In this document: in pieces, positions 63,627-64,000 of the stretch
How the letters are laid out: each line of letters begins with the position of its first letter
How positions within the stretch are numbered: the stretch's first letter is position 1
NCBI GenBank assembly: GCA_963422375.2
Contig: OY729428.2
Span: 1,920,001-1,984,000 of the forward strand
Length of the DNA stretch: 64,000 nt
Direction of reading: 5' to 3'
Origin: Bryobacterales bacterium
Lineage (GTDB): Bacteria > Acidobacteriota > Terriglobia > Bryobacterales > UBA6623
Position numbers and translations under genes: made by a program
The notes under the pieces: generated by a model
The model's input: only the letters and a program-made list of their open reading frames with translations
Database searches by the model: none
Told to the model about the DNA's origin: nothing

Positions 63627-64000
63627 GTCGGGAGCCGCGCTACCGGTCACATCGCAAGCACGTCGGGCGCCCGGCTCTTGGCAGTCGCGCCCGGGCGACA
63701 CGGGGTCCTGCGCTGCTGGCAGCCATTCTCCTAGGGCTGGCAGCGGTACCCGCCGCCGCCGCCACTCTCGCGGAAATCCTAGCGGGCATGGACGCGGCGT
63801 CCGCCGGCTGGAACGGGATGCGCGCCCGGGTGCGCTGGATCAGCTACATGGCGCTGGTCGACGACCGGAACGTCGAGTCGGGCACGGTCGCCGTCAGGCG
63901 CGCCAAGTCCGGCCAGATTTCGATGCTGCTGGCGTTCCGCGAGCCGAGCACCTATTTCCTCTCGATTCGGGGCGCGAAGGTGGAGCGGTACAAGCCGCGG
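63623..64000 (+). CDS. LolA-like outer-membrane lipoprotein carrier (partial, runs off the window)
   Basis: ATGA overlap with the previous stop; open to the window end; signal peptide, then LAEILAGMDAAS..ESGTV..F.EP..Y.P. Confidence 0.65.
   Translation, partial: MSREPRYRSHRKHVGRPALGSRARATRGPALLAAILLGLAAVPAAAATLAEILAGMDAASAGWNGMRARVRWISYMALVDDRNVESGTVAVRRAKSGQISMLLAFREPSTYFLSIRGAKVERYKPR

Overview
High-GC bacterial chromosomal window. The gene set (Oar-like TonB-dependent receptors, CRTAC1/ASPIC-UnbV, ADOP-type ABC permease, DUF1080, DUF1385-prfA) suggests Acidobacteriota, probably Bryobacterales-like; this is an inference. The strongest find is a hidden secreted selenoprotein that the ORF track splits in two (17134..18453). 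It has an in-frame TGA in a C-A-P-U (CxxU) thioredoxin motif, followed by a SECIS-like hairpin, then a CxxCH motif and two PDZ-like domains. It lies just downstream of selA and yjbQ and overlaps a downstream secreted DsbD-alpha-like gene, suggesting a periplasmic selenium-based redox relay. The window also holds six IS elements or remnants: an IS5/IS1182-like element in an ABC permease, an IS1595 cleanly splitting a nucleoside hydrolase, an ISNCY-like element nested in a second IS1595, and an IS1595/IS4 chimera. Their transposases appear to decay directionally towards GC, while host pseudogenes decay by nonsense changes. Other content: three TonB receptors (one pseudogene), sulfatases, many twin-arginine-tagged catabolic enzymes, PhoD, nadA, an IscA-type protein, moaA, a 5-heme cytochrome c/beta-propeller pair, several leaderless-type promoters and unusually frequent CTAG. 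No rRNA, tRNA or CRISPR array was recognised. All family assignments come from motif recognition, not database searches.
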